Assembly: GCA_029556545.1 (NCBI GenBank)
Contig: JAKQEQ010000037.1
Span: 10,315-74,314 of the forward strand
From: Candidatus Hydrogenedentota bacterium
GTDB lineage: Bacteria; Hydrogenedentota; Hydrogenedentia; Hydrogenedentales; JAGMZX01
DNA length: 64,000 nucleotides
Direction: 5' to 3'
Shown here: in pieces, positions 26,657 to 35,440 of the stretch
How the letters are laid out: the number at the start of each line of letters is the position of its first letter
Numbering within the stretch: position 1 is the first letter of the stretch
The notes under the pieces: model-generated
Database searches by the model: none
The model's input: only the letters and a program-made list of their open reading frames with translations
What the model was told of the DNA's origin: nothing
Position numbers and translations under genes: made by a program

Positions 26657-29600
26657 TGGCGGTTCTCTCTACCCGCAGCATCCCCCATCCAACGGGGCGG
26701 GTGGTGATGTCGGCTTTCTGTGTGGCTTCCTCAATTTCGCTGATGTGGCGGTCGAAGTCGGCTTGAGCGTTTTCCTTCTGACGTGATTTCATGGTGCGGA
26801 TCTTGTCGTTTCGGGCCTCGGCCAGTTGGGAGTCAAGGACCGCCATGCGGGCCTTGTGGCTGGTATCAAGACTGGAGCGGCGAAACTCGGCAACGCGCTG
26901 AGTGTTCTCGATATGTCCCGCGCGGGCATCGGACCAGGCTTCGTAGTGGCGGCTTTCGAGCGCGTTGCGCGTTTCCTCGGTAATCCTGTCGGAAGCAACC
27001 TCGAACCCCTCGGCGTCGGCCAGCAACCGCAGGAACTCGCCGGTGAGGGCCGGATTAGTCGTGACGGGCCGGAACTCGACATCGTCGCGGATGCCGTGGT
27101 ACTGCCACTGATAGACGGCGAAGGGATAGTCGCCCGGTGAGACGGCGTCGGTAGAGACACGAATGCCAACGACGGGCACGCCGTCACCGGCTCCTCCGAC
27201 GGTACGGGCAGCTTGTACGGCCAACGGGTGAATGGGCGTGATGAGACAGATGGTCCGATCCTCGACTGCGCAGGCCGAATCGAAGGTGACGGCCAAGTTT
27301 GGCTCATTGCCCTTAAGCCATGTTTCCCACTCCCGGGCGATGGGAGAAGTACGGTTCTCGATCGCCGCAAAATCCTTTAGCAGCGCCTCGCGGACCTCGC
27401 GGGCCAGACGCAGGCGTTTCTTCGGGCCATCTCCGCTAAGGGGGGATTCCTCCTTTCCGGCGCGGCCGCGCAAGTATTCCACGACCAGGCGTTCGAGCGA
27501 GGTGGCGGAGAGCCAGTAGCTGGAAGCGTCCTCGATATCCTGCTTGAACTGATCGGCGGGCATGCGCAGGCCGAACAATTCAGTCTGGCGCGTTTCAAGA
27601 TCCTGTTGTTCCTTGACAAGCCGAATGCTGTTGTCAGCGAGTTGTTCCAGTTTGGCCTGACGTTCCGCCGGCGACAGGGAGAGGTTTTCGGCAACGCTTG
27701 TGATCTCGCGGGTGACTTCGCCCAGGATCGCCTCGTTGGCCCCAAGCGCGCGTTCGAAGACGCCGATGCGCAGCAGACAGCGTTCGTAGATTTCGGCGTC
27801 GATGGTGTCCGGGGTGATGAGGTTGTAGATCGCCACGGCCTCGCTGGTCTGCCCCCAGCGGTCAATACGACCGATGCGCTGGTCGATGCGCATAGGGTTC
27901 CAGGGCAGGTCATAATTCACCATGCAGTCGCAGAACTGATAATCAAGCCCCTCGCAACCGACCTCGGAGAAGAGGAGCACATCGAGGGCTTCGGCATCGT
28001 CACGGTTCGTTTCGAATCGCGCGCGAAGCGCGACGCGTTCGTCGTCGCCTACGCCGCCATGGATCAGACCAACGCGGAAACCTTCATCCTGAAGCGCCTT
28101 GTAGAGGTAGGCGAGCGTGTGGCGGAAACTGCTGAACAGCATGACTTTGTTATTCGGGAGCGCCTGTTTGTCTTCGAGAATGCCTTTCAGGGCAAGGAAC
28201 TTGGGGTCGGCGTCGGGATCGCATGGCAGGGTTTCAGCCTGACGCAGGGCATCGTCGATGAGTTGCCGAACCGTCGGCGCCGCGCGGTCGATGTCGAGGT
28301 CAATCCCGTCGTCCTCGCCCTCCTCCACACTCAGGCAGTCGAGTTCGTCAAATCGGCGCGAGAGGATGTCCTGGAGGAACGGTGCCAGCGCCTGGATACA
28401 GCTCGCCGCCTGTCGGCGAATGGTCGTGAGGAGAAACCGGACCGATTGAACGCCATGCAGTTCGGCATAGACGGCGGCCTGGGCGGCGATGACGGCATCG
28501 TGCAGACTCTTCTGCTCGGGGGTGAACTCGACTGTCACCGTCTGGGGTTTGCGTTGGGTGAATTCGCCAATGTCGCGGCGCAGAGTACGGTTCATCAGGC
28601 CGGACAGCGTGTGCAACTGCTCAATGCTTCGAATCGCATGAACGCGCACAGCCCGGTCGTCCCCGGCATGGGCGAGGGAATCAAAGACCTCCTGAAAGCG
28701 TGGGTCATTCCGCAGCACTGACCGGCCCCAGGGCGTTCCGGCGGCCTCCGTCAAGGCTTCACGCGCTTCTTCGGCCCAGCCAGGGCCACCCTTGCGTGCG
28801 CAGAGAGCGGCCTGGTTGATGTGTGCGTTCGGTTCTGTGATGGCCCCATAACTGGCCTTGTCGATGATGATGTCGGGACGCAAGGTGTTCAGAAGCACGA
28901 AAAGATCGTTATCGCTCATCTGAATCGGTGTCGCGGTGAGAAAAACGACGGCTTCGGCGTTTTCGCAGAAGAATCGAATGGCCTCGTGGCGCTGCGTATT
29001 CGTGTTGCGGATGTGGTGCGCCTCGTCAACGACCACAAGGTCGAACTGCGGCGGCGGGTCGAGTTGGAGCAGGCCCTTCCGGCGCTTGCCGCTCCCATGC
29101 AGGACTTCGTCGGTCAGGAGCGAGAAGGGGAGGATGGCCTTCTCGTAGCGCTGCGGCCATTCGCCGTCGAGGTCCATTTCGGAGATGCAATGGCGTAATT
29201 TGGGGCCGTCGAGATGTTCGAAACGCTCATCGAATCGCTTCATTTCCCGTCGCCATTTCTCCTCCGTAACAAGTGGGCGGGGACAGGCGATGAGCACGCG
29301 CCGGATATCGCGGCGGGCCTGGAGTTCGCGAAGAATCAGCCCGGCCTCGATCGTCTTTCCAACGCCGACACTATCGGCGATCAGTAAGCGCGGCCGGTCG
29401 GAGCGGATGAACTTCAGTACGGGACGGAACTGATAGGGGATCAGTTCGATGCGCGCGGCGTGGAGCGAGTAAAGATTTGATATGCCCGGGTGTAGCAGTT
29501 GCAGGGCCGTCAGGTGGGCATGGAATTCACGCAGAGACGCAACAGTCATCGACTCGTCTTTGAAGTCGCCCGGCATGAGTTGGCTTTCGTAATAAGAGGC

Positions 29601-30245
29601 CTTCCCGCCGTCGAGGAAGACGTGGTAGCGGGTTTCCTTTTCGCCTGGCATCGCGGCGATAACCGCGCCGGATTTTGAGGGATTGGCGCGCAGCCGAACG
29701 ACGTCGCCGGGGGCGTATGTCGTCTGCCGCTCTGGTTGCGAAGCGGCCTGCTGCTGGAGCGCAGTTTCAGGGTATGGAGATGGTGGCTTGCTCAAAACGG
29801 TTTCCTTTGCTTCCCGAATCTCCGATAGAAGCGGGTCGTCGGGGGCAAGGAGAATCAGGAAACGCTGAAGCGTATCCAGATCACGATAGATGTCTTCGCC
29901 CGATGGAGCCGCCACCTGCGCGTGCGCCCAGCGGTTGCGGACCGTCTGCATCTCCTTGACGAAATTGCGACTCTCGTAGGGCCAGTTCCGTGATTGCACG
30001 AGCTCGAACCAGTTTTGATCCAGAACGCGTAGCAGCGCGGCAAGGTCGAGTTGTTCCAGATGGTCGATGCCTTGACGTTCCACGGCCTCCTGTTGCCGAA
30101 ACGAGAGTTTGCCATAGACCCGCTGGCCCCACCAATCCGAGCCGAGAATGGGCAACATCTCTTCCAGAGCATGGCAGAGTGAATGGGCTGCTTTCTGCAG
30201 CAGACCTTGCATGCTTACTAGGTGGGGGTTGACGTCTGTATCCAT
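26649..30245 (-). CDS. Swt1-like HEPN domain fused to a SNF2-family helicase
   Basis: LDLAALLRVLDQNW...VRNRWAH (HEPN RxxxxH); LIADSVGVGKT, DEAHH, LTATP, NYDLPWNPMRIDQRIGRIDRWGQ. Start approximate. Confidence 0.88.
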   Translation of the reverse strand: MDTDVNPHLVSMQGLLQKAAHSLCHALEEMLPILGSDWWGQRVYGKLSFRQQEAVERQGIDHLEQLDLAALLRVLDQNWFELVQSRNWPYESRNFVKEMQTVRNRWAHAQVAAPSGEDIYRDLDTLQRFLILLAPDDPLLSEIREAKETVLSKPPSPYPETALQQQAASQPERQTTYAPGDVVRLRANPSKSGAVIAAMPGEKETRYHVFLDGGKASYYESQLMPGDFKDESMTVASLREFHAHLTALQLLHPGISNLYSLHAARIELIPYQFRPVLKFIRSDRPRLLIADSVGVGKTIEAGLILRELQARRDIRRVLIACPRPLVTEEKWRREMKRFDERFEHLDGPKLRHCISEMDLDGEWPQRYEKAILPFSLLTDEVLHGSGKRRKGLLQLDPPPQFDLVVVDEAHHIRNTNTQRHEAIRFFCENAEAVVFLTATPIQMSDNDLFVLLNTLRPDIIIDKASYGAITEPNAHINQAALCARKGGPGWAEEAREALTEAAGTPWGRSVLRNDPRFQEVFDSLAHAGDDRAVRVHAIRSIEQLHTLSGLMNRTLRRDIGEFTQRKPQTVTVEFTPEQKSLHDAVIAAQAAVYAELHGVQSVRFLLTTIRRQAASCIQALAPFLQDILSRRFDELDCLSVEEGEDDGIDLDIDRAAPTVRQLIDDALRQAETLPCDPDADPKFLALKGILEDKQALPNNKVMLFSSFRHTLAYLYKALQDEGFRVGLIHGGVGDDERVALRARFETNRDDAEALDVLLFSEVGCEGLDYQFCDCMVNYDLPWNPMRIDQRIGRIDRWGQTSEAVAIYNLITPDTIDAEIYERCLLRIGVFERALGANEAILGEVTREITSVAENLSLSPAERQAKLEQLADNSIRLVKEQQDLETRQTELFGLRMPADQFKQDIEDASSYWLSATSLERLVVEYLRGRAGKEESPLSGDGPKKRLRLAREVREALLKDFAAIENRTSPIAREWETWLKGNEPNLAVTFDSACAVEDRTICLITPIHPLAVQAARTVGGAGDGVPVVGIRVSTDAVSPGDYPFAVYQWQYHGIRDDVEFRPVTTNPALTGEFLRLLADAEGFEVASDRITEETRNALESRHYEAWSDARAGHIENTQRVAEFRRSSLDTSHKARMAVLDSQLAEARNDKIRTMKSRQKENAQADFDRHISEIEEATQKADITTRPVGWGMLRVERTANG

Positions 30246-30469
30246 CCTGGCTTTCGTCCTCTCATGTGGTCTCCATGATCCATTGCGGTGCTGGGCGAGG
30301 TCTCGGTTCGATTGCAGCCCTCTGGCGACGGCGAGTTCGCGTGCGCGTATTCGACTCGTGAGTACATGTTCTGTGGCCGCGTGCACTATATTCTACAGTT
30401 ACACCACATGCCTGCTCAATTTGGAACCGCTGGGTTCAACAGCAGTCTTTGCCGTTACTGATTCTCGTT

Positions 30470-30692
30470 TCGGGTTCGTTACCCAACGATGCGTTCCCGG
30501 CCGTCCAGGAGCCCCGACTGTCCTCCCACGGTCCACCGGCGTGATGAGGCGCGGAGCGGGGTTCCGGCTTCCGGAGCGAAAGGGCCGCACGGTTCTGCCG
30601 TTCGGCGGCGGCGGGCGGGATCGCAGGCGGGGCCTGAATTCCTCATGGAATCGCTGGGCTTGGCGCGGGGGGCGGGCCAGGGGCGCACCCGG
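30470..30692 (+). repeat. ~220-bp direct repeat, tRNA-proximal copy (probable att arm region)
   Basis: Matches 22826-23047; ends 15 nt from the tRNA CCA end. Confidence 0.9.
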
Positions 30693-30707
30693 AAAAGTGC
30701 AGGAAAA

Positions 30708-30797
30708 TGGCGGAGAGGCAGGGATTCGAACCCTGGTTACGGTAAACCGTAAAACGGCTTTCGAGGCCGCCGCCTTCAACCACTCGGCCACCTCTCC
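30708..30797 (-). tRNA. tRNA-Ser (anticodon CGA)
   Basis: GGAGAGGTGGCCGAGTGGTTGAAGGCGGCGGCCT-CGA-AAGCCGT, long variable arm, GGTTCGAATCCC T-arm, encoded CCA; 90 nt. Confidence 0.97.
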
Positions 30798-30905
30798 GCG
30801 GTAAGTCGCCGGTTGATGTGAGGAATGTACACGCTGTTACCCGGAAGGATAGCAAACGTCGCGCGGGTCGTTCCACATAGGAGCGCGTTCGCGGGTACGT
30901 CGGGA

Positions 30906-30928
30906 CATGGGCAAGATGCCCATGCCAC
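30906..30928 (-). repeat. REP-like palindrome (GTGG-headed)
   Basis: Minus strand GTGG-CATGGGCA-TCT-TGCCCATG. Confidence 0.65.
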
Positions 30929-31037
30929 GGAAGAAGCTGCCCGCGCGCGGGGCGCCGGAGGGCGCGGGAACAAGGCAACGCCCCCGCGGGCAACCGCGAG
31001 GGCGTTGTAATGATCAGGTAGTCGCGCTTCGAGAAGA

Positions 31038-32372
31038 CTAGAAGCGGATCTCCGTCTCAAGGAACAGATAGTCGATGTCTTCGTCCTCATCCGCGACGAG
31101 AGGCGCCAGGCCGTTCAGACCGACCAGGTTGCCTTCTTCGATGCCGTCGTCGGCGAACAGATGAGCCCACCCGGCACGGAAGACGAGGTCTTCGCTGTAC
31201 TGGTAGTTGGCATAGAGACCGACTTCAAGACCCAGGTCTTCGTCGGCCGTCCAGCGCCAGAACCACCAGCCGCCTTCCAGTTCCTCGTCCACTTCCAGGT
31301 AGGTCAGGGCGAGGGCGAGGTCAAGGCTCTCGGTCGGCTTGACACTCAGGCCGGCGCGATAGATGAACACGTTCGACAGGTTGGCCGCCGACACGTTGTC
31401 CAGGACTTCGGTGTACTCCCAGTCGGAGAACAGGCGATTGAAGGCCAGATCATCGTCGTCGTTCCACCAGCCCCAGCCGTTGTCCTGGTCGCCGCCTTCG
31501 AACCAGGCGGCACCCAAGTAAATACGGGGCTGCCAGCTGGCGTCGAAGGTGTAACCGAGTTCAAGGTTGACGCCGAACGCGTCGATGTCCGCATCGTTGT
31601 CCCACCACAGGAATCCGGGCAGGTCCCATTCGCCGAACTGATAAGCCACTTCGGCTTCGAAGTCAAACGCACCGATTTCGCCAGCTCCGCGGAGGCCGAT
31701 GGTGTGGAGGTCGATGTCGGCGTTCGTCAGCGACTCGTCATCGCGGATGAACAGCCAGTAGGCGTCGATGACAACGTCCTCGAGGCCGAGGTAGCTGCCG
31801 TAGATGCCGTACAGGTCGACGTCGTCATCGCCGAAGTCCGAGAAGGTCTCGTTCAGCTTGGCCGCGAAGGCGCTGATGCTGACGATATCCGTCCCGTAGT
31901 TCAGCAAGAGGGCGTCATAGGACAGGCCGCGGAACAGGGCGCTGGTGTCGTTGTTGCCGAGCAGCCACTCGCTCCCGAACTGCAGTTCCTGGCGGCCGAC
32001 GCGCATCATCAGCGGGGTGTCCCACATCTCGCTCGCTTCGATGTACGCCTGGTAGACTTCCACATCATCGCCGCTGGCGGCACGGCCGTCGACGCCGGTG
32101 ATGTAATTGGAGCGGAAGTCTTCGCCCCAGATGTCATAGCTGTCGAGCTCGATGAGCGCGCTGACGTTGTCGGTGAAGTCGGCCTTCACGCTCAGACGGG
32201 TGCGTTGTTCGACGAATGCCGTGTCGAGCACGTCCGCTTCGTCCGCTTCCCACACGTTGCCGCGAATGCGGATGTTGCCGCCGACTGAGACATTCTGCAG
32301 TTCGGCGTAGGCGCCGACGCCCATGCACACCACGAGCGCGGCCAGAACGGTTACTTTCATCAGAGAATGCAT
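31038..32372 (-). CDS. Alginate export family outer-membrane beta-barrel protein
   Basis: Signal peptide; VEQRTRL, YQAYIE, RVGRQEL.FGSEWLLG; C-terminal Phe (ETEIRF). Confidence 0.85.
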   Translation of the reverse strand: MHSLMKVTVLAALVVCMGVGAYAELQNVSVGGNIRIRGNVWEADEADVLDTAFVEQRTRLSVKADFTDNVSALIELDSYDIWGEDFRSNYITGVDGRAASGDDVEVYQAYIEASEMWDTPLMMRVGRQELQFGSEWLLGNNDTSALFRGLSYDALLLNYGTDIVSISAFAAKLNETFSDFGDDDVDLYGIYGSYLGLEDVVIDAYWLFIRDDESLTNADIDLHTIGLRGAGEIGAFDFEAEVAYQFGEWDLPGFLWWDNDADIDAFGVNLELGYTFDASWQPRIYLGAAWFEGGDQDNGWGWWNDDDDLAFNRLFSDWEYTEVLDNVSAANLSNVFIYRAGLSVKPTESLDLALALTYLEVDEELEGGWWFWRWTADEDLGLEVGLYANYQYSEDLVFRAGWAHLFADDGIEEGNLVGLNGLAPLVADEDEDIDYLFLETEIRF

Positions 32373-32659
32373 GATGCGAAATCTCCTTCGCTTATGCTTA
32401 CCGCCTTTCGGCGGTCACACCATGGCGCGCTTTCCAAGGGTCGCCCCACTATATTGGCAACCTCACGCGCCACGCCACTATATATGGCCACATCCCTTTC
32501 CCCGACGCACTGGGAGCAAGCCTTACGCTCGCTGGGGTTTCATCCCTCCTTTCCTCTCCAGTCTGTACGTCGGGCCGGATGCGAAAAAGCGCTTCTCAGC
32601 TCCTTTTTATACAGGGAAACTCACTCAGGAAGGCCCGAGCTTTCCCCTCGCCGACCCGG

Positions 32660-32688
32660 ATGCTAGCATATCGTCGAAGCCATGTCAA
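32660..32688 (-). promoter_or_regulatory. Sigma70-type promoter for the porin gene
   Basis: TTGACA-17 bp-TAGCAT with extended TG. Confidence 0.6.
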
Positions 32689-32831
32689 GCGTTTGATCGA
32701 TCGAAATTTGCTCTGTGGCCGCCGGTTCGGCGCCCCCTTGGCGGGGGGATATTCCGGGTGTTTGCGCCGCGCCTGACACGGCGGAGCGTTATCTGTTACC
32801 CTTGGCGGGAGGCGATGCACGCTTGGGAGGT

Positions 32832-35426
32832 ATGACCATGCCGTGGGTGAAAAAGTGGGTGTTCTTGCTGCCGTTGCCGGCCTTGGCTGGGCTTCCAGCG
32901 TCTTCCGGGCCGTATTGGCTTGGGGCGCACGAATACGGCGAGGTGGAGGTCGTGGTGGCGGAGGCGGCCTCGCCTTCGGAGCATTATGCGGCGCGGGAGT
33001 TCCAGAGGTACTGGGCGCTGTGCACGGGTCACGAGCCGCCGATCCGGGATGTGGCCACGCCCGGCGTGACGACGGTCTGGATTGGGCGGCTGGGGATGCG
33101 CCTGGCGGAGCGGCTGAAGCTCGACGGTCTCGGCGACGATGGTTTCCACCTGCGGACGGCGGTCTTCGAGCAGGAACCGAAAGTCCCATACCTGACCTTC
33201 CGCCACAAGACGCGCTTCCCGTTGCAGGCGCGGCATCTACTAATCGCCGGCGGGTCGCAGCGGGGCACGCTTTACGGGGTGCACCAGTTTTTCCATGACT
33301 ATTTCGGCGTGCGGTGGCTCACGCCGGAGACGACCCACGTGCCGCCCGCGCCAGAGGGCGTTCCGGAGATCAACTATCGCTATGCGCCGCCGATCCCGTA
33401 TCGGGACACGAATTACTGGGTGTTCACGCGACACCCGGAGTTTGCCGTCGCGCACCGGCTCAACGGCAACAGTGTGGCCGCAATCCCTGAGGAAATGGGC
33501 GGGTTCATGGGCTATGCGGGCGGGTTCTGCCACACGTTTTACGGTCTGGTTGATCCCGACAAGTACTTCGAGACGCATCCCGAGTACTTCTCCGAGGTCA
33601 ACGGGAAGCGGATGCGGCAGTCGCAACTCTGCCTCACTAACCCGGAGGTGGTCCGCATCGCGACGAACAGCGTGCGCGAGCACCTGCGGAACAATCCGCC
33701 GAATCGGCGCATCGTCAGCGTGACCCAGATGGACTGGCCGTTCTGGTGCGAGTGCGCCGATTGCGCCGCCGTGGACGCGCGGGAGGGATCGCAGGCGGGC
33801 ACGATGATTCGCTTCGTGAATGCGATCGCCGAGGCCATCGCGGACGAGTTCCCCGAGGCGTTCATCGACACCTTCGCGTACACGTACACGCGCAAGCCGC
33901 CGAAACACGCGCGGCCACGGGACAACGTCATCGTGCGGCTGTGCTCGATCGAGTGCGATTTCGCGCGGCCGCTCGGGGACCGTTCGAGCGCCGACAACCG
34001 GGCGTTCCAGGAGGATATCCGCCGTTGGCGCCGCATCGCGAAGCATCTTTACATCTGGGACTACACGCAGAATTGGCACGCCTTCCAGGGGCCGCACCCG
34101 AATTTCCAGGTGTTGCAGCCGAACGTGAAGTTCTTCGTCGACAATGGGGTCAGCGGGGTCTTCGAGCAGGCGGCGCACTCGCCGGGGGCCGATTTCGAGT
34201 ATCTGAAGGCGTACATCCTCGCGCAGGCGCTGTGGAACCCGGAGGTCGACTGGCGCGCGCTGTACGACGAGTTCCTCGCGTTGTATTACCGGGAGGCCGC
34301 GCCGTTCATCCGCGAGTATCATCGGCTAATCACGGACAAGGTCTTCGCGGACGACTATGTGTTGGGCATCTTCACGAAGATGGAGTGGATGGACCACACG
34401 ACGGTCGAGCGGGCGGAGGCCGTTTTTCAGCGGGCCTTCGCGGCGGTTACGGACCCGGAGATCGTCGAGCGCCTCCGGCGCGCGCACTTGCCGGTCCAGT
34501 ACGCCGCGCTGGTCTGCCCGCCGGAGATCGAGATCGCGGAGGACCACTATGTGCTGCGCCGTCCGCCGAGTCTCAGTTTCGATGAGTACTGGGGCGTGCT
34601 CGCGGGCCACGGGGTGACCCACCTCGGCGACCCGGACATAGAGGCGTTCCGCGAGCGGCTCGAAGGGCGGACGCCGCCGCGCTACCAGGAAATCCCGTTT
34701 GCGCGCCTCGAAAACAAGCGCTACGAGGTGTGGGTCGTTCCCGAGGTCGGCGGATCGGTCGTCCGTTTTCGCGACAAGGAGCGCGATCACGAATTGTTGC
34801 GGGGGTACGCCGCGTTGAGCGCCGGCAACGGCATGATCCAGGACTGGCGCATCATGGACGCGGACGCGCCGGAAATCGAGAGGCGAGTCGCGGACCGTTA
34901 CGAGACGGTCGCGCAGGCGGAGAACAGCGTTTTTGTGCGGGCCGCGCTGGCAAACGGCCTCGTGGTCTCGCGGCAGGTGTCGTTGGACGACGAGGGATTG
35001 CGCGTCACGCTCGAAGTGAGCAACCACGGCGGGGAATTGGTGGCGCCGCGGGTGAAGTTGCACCCGGAGTTTACTTACGAGGGCAAGAACTTGCCGGAAA
35101 TCTGGATCGAGCGCGACGGGATATGGGCGCGGCAGCCGCTACGCTTCGTCACGGGAGACACCGTCGCCTTCGACCGGATCGAGGCCTCGGGGGTAACGCG
35201 CTGGGGTCTGCGCCTGCCGGGGAAGAAGGGTTTTCTCGTCAACGAAGTCGACGCGGACCAATTGGAAGCACTGTTCTATTTCTGTAATCGTGCCACGGGC
35301 ATGGTTAATCTGGAACTGTATCCGAGTCAAGCGCCACTCGAACCCGGCGAGTCTTGCGTCGTGGCGACGGGCTACCGCGTCGAAAACCGCCATAAACCGC
35401 CGAATCCATCCCATAAGACGCCATAA
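32832..35426 (+). CDS. DUF4838-like glycoside hydrolase-fold protein
   Basis: GH67-type N-terminus (GTLYGVHQF), HTFY, HPEYFS, QLCLTNPEV, CECADC, LYIWDY. Confidence 0.8.
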   Translation: MTMPWVKKWVFLLPLPALAGLPASSGPYWLGAHEYGEVEVVVAEAASPSEHYAAREFQRYWALCTGHEPPIRDVATPGVTTVWIGRLGMRLAERLKLDGLGDDGFHLRTAVFEQEPKVPYLTFRHKTRFPLQARHLLIAGGSQRGTLYGVHQFFHDYFGVRWLTPETTHVPPAPEGVPEINYRYAPPIPYRDTNYWVFTRHPEFAVAHRLNGNSVAAIPEEMGGFMGYAGGFCHTFYGLVDPDKYFETHPEYFSEVNGKRMRQSQLCLTNPEVVRIATNSVREHLRNNPPNRRIVSVTQMDWPFWCECADCAAVDAREGSQAGTMIRFVNAIAEAIADEFPEAFIDTFAYTYTRKPPKHARPRDNVIVRLCSIECDFARPLGDRSSADNRAFQEDIRRWRRIAKHLYIWDYTQNWHAFQGPHPNFQVLQPNVKFFVDNGVSGVFEQAAHSPGADFEYLKAYILAQALWNPEVDWRALYDEFLALYYREAAPFIREYHRLITDKVFADDYVLGIFTKMEWMDHTTVERAEAVFQRAFAAVTDPEIVERLRRAHLPVQYAALVCPPEIEIAEDHYVLRRPPSLSFDEYWGVLAGHGVTHLGDPDIEAFRERLEGRTPPRYQEIPFARLENKRYEVWVVPEVGGSVVRFRDKERDHELLRGYAALSAGNGMIQDWRIMDADAPEIERRVADRYETVAQAENSVFVRAALANGLVVSRQVSLDDEGLRVTLEVSNHGGELVAPRVKLHPEFTYEGKNLPEIWIERDGIWARQPLRFVTGDTVAFDRIEASGVTRWGLRLPGKKGFLVNEVDADQLEALFYFCNRATGMVNLELYPSQAPLEPGESCVVATGYRVENRHKPPNPSHKTP

Positions 35427-35440
35427 AACCACCAAAGCGA

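Larger units (their letters stand above)
1..30707. mobile_element. Integrative element / genomic island at the 3' end of tRNA-Ser(CGA); left boundary lies outside the window
   Basis: Tyrosine integrase at the left edge; replication, defence and hypothetical cargo with patchy GC; abrupt switch to housekeeping genes right after the tRNA. Confidence 0.85.

Noticed and set aside
1-30707. Prophage or conjugative ICE
   Set aside because: No terminase, capsid, tail, lysis, relaxase or T4SS genes recognised in the window; sequence left of position 1 is unseen.
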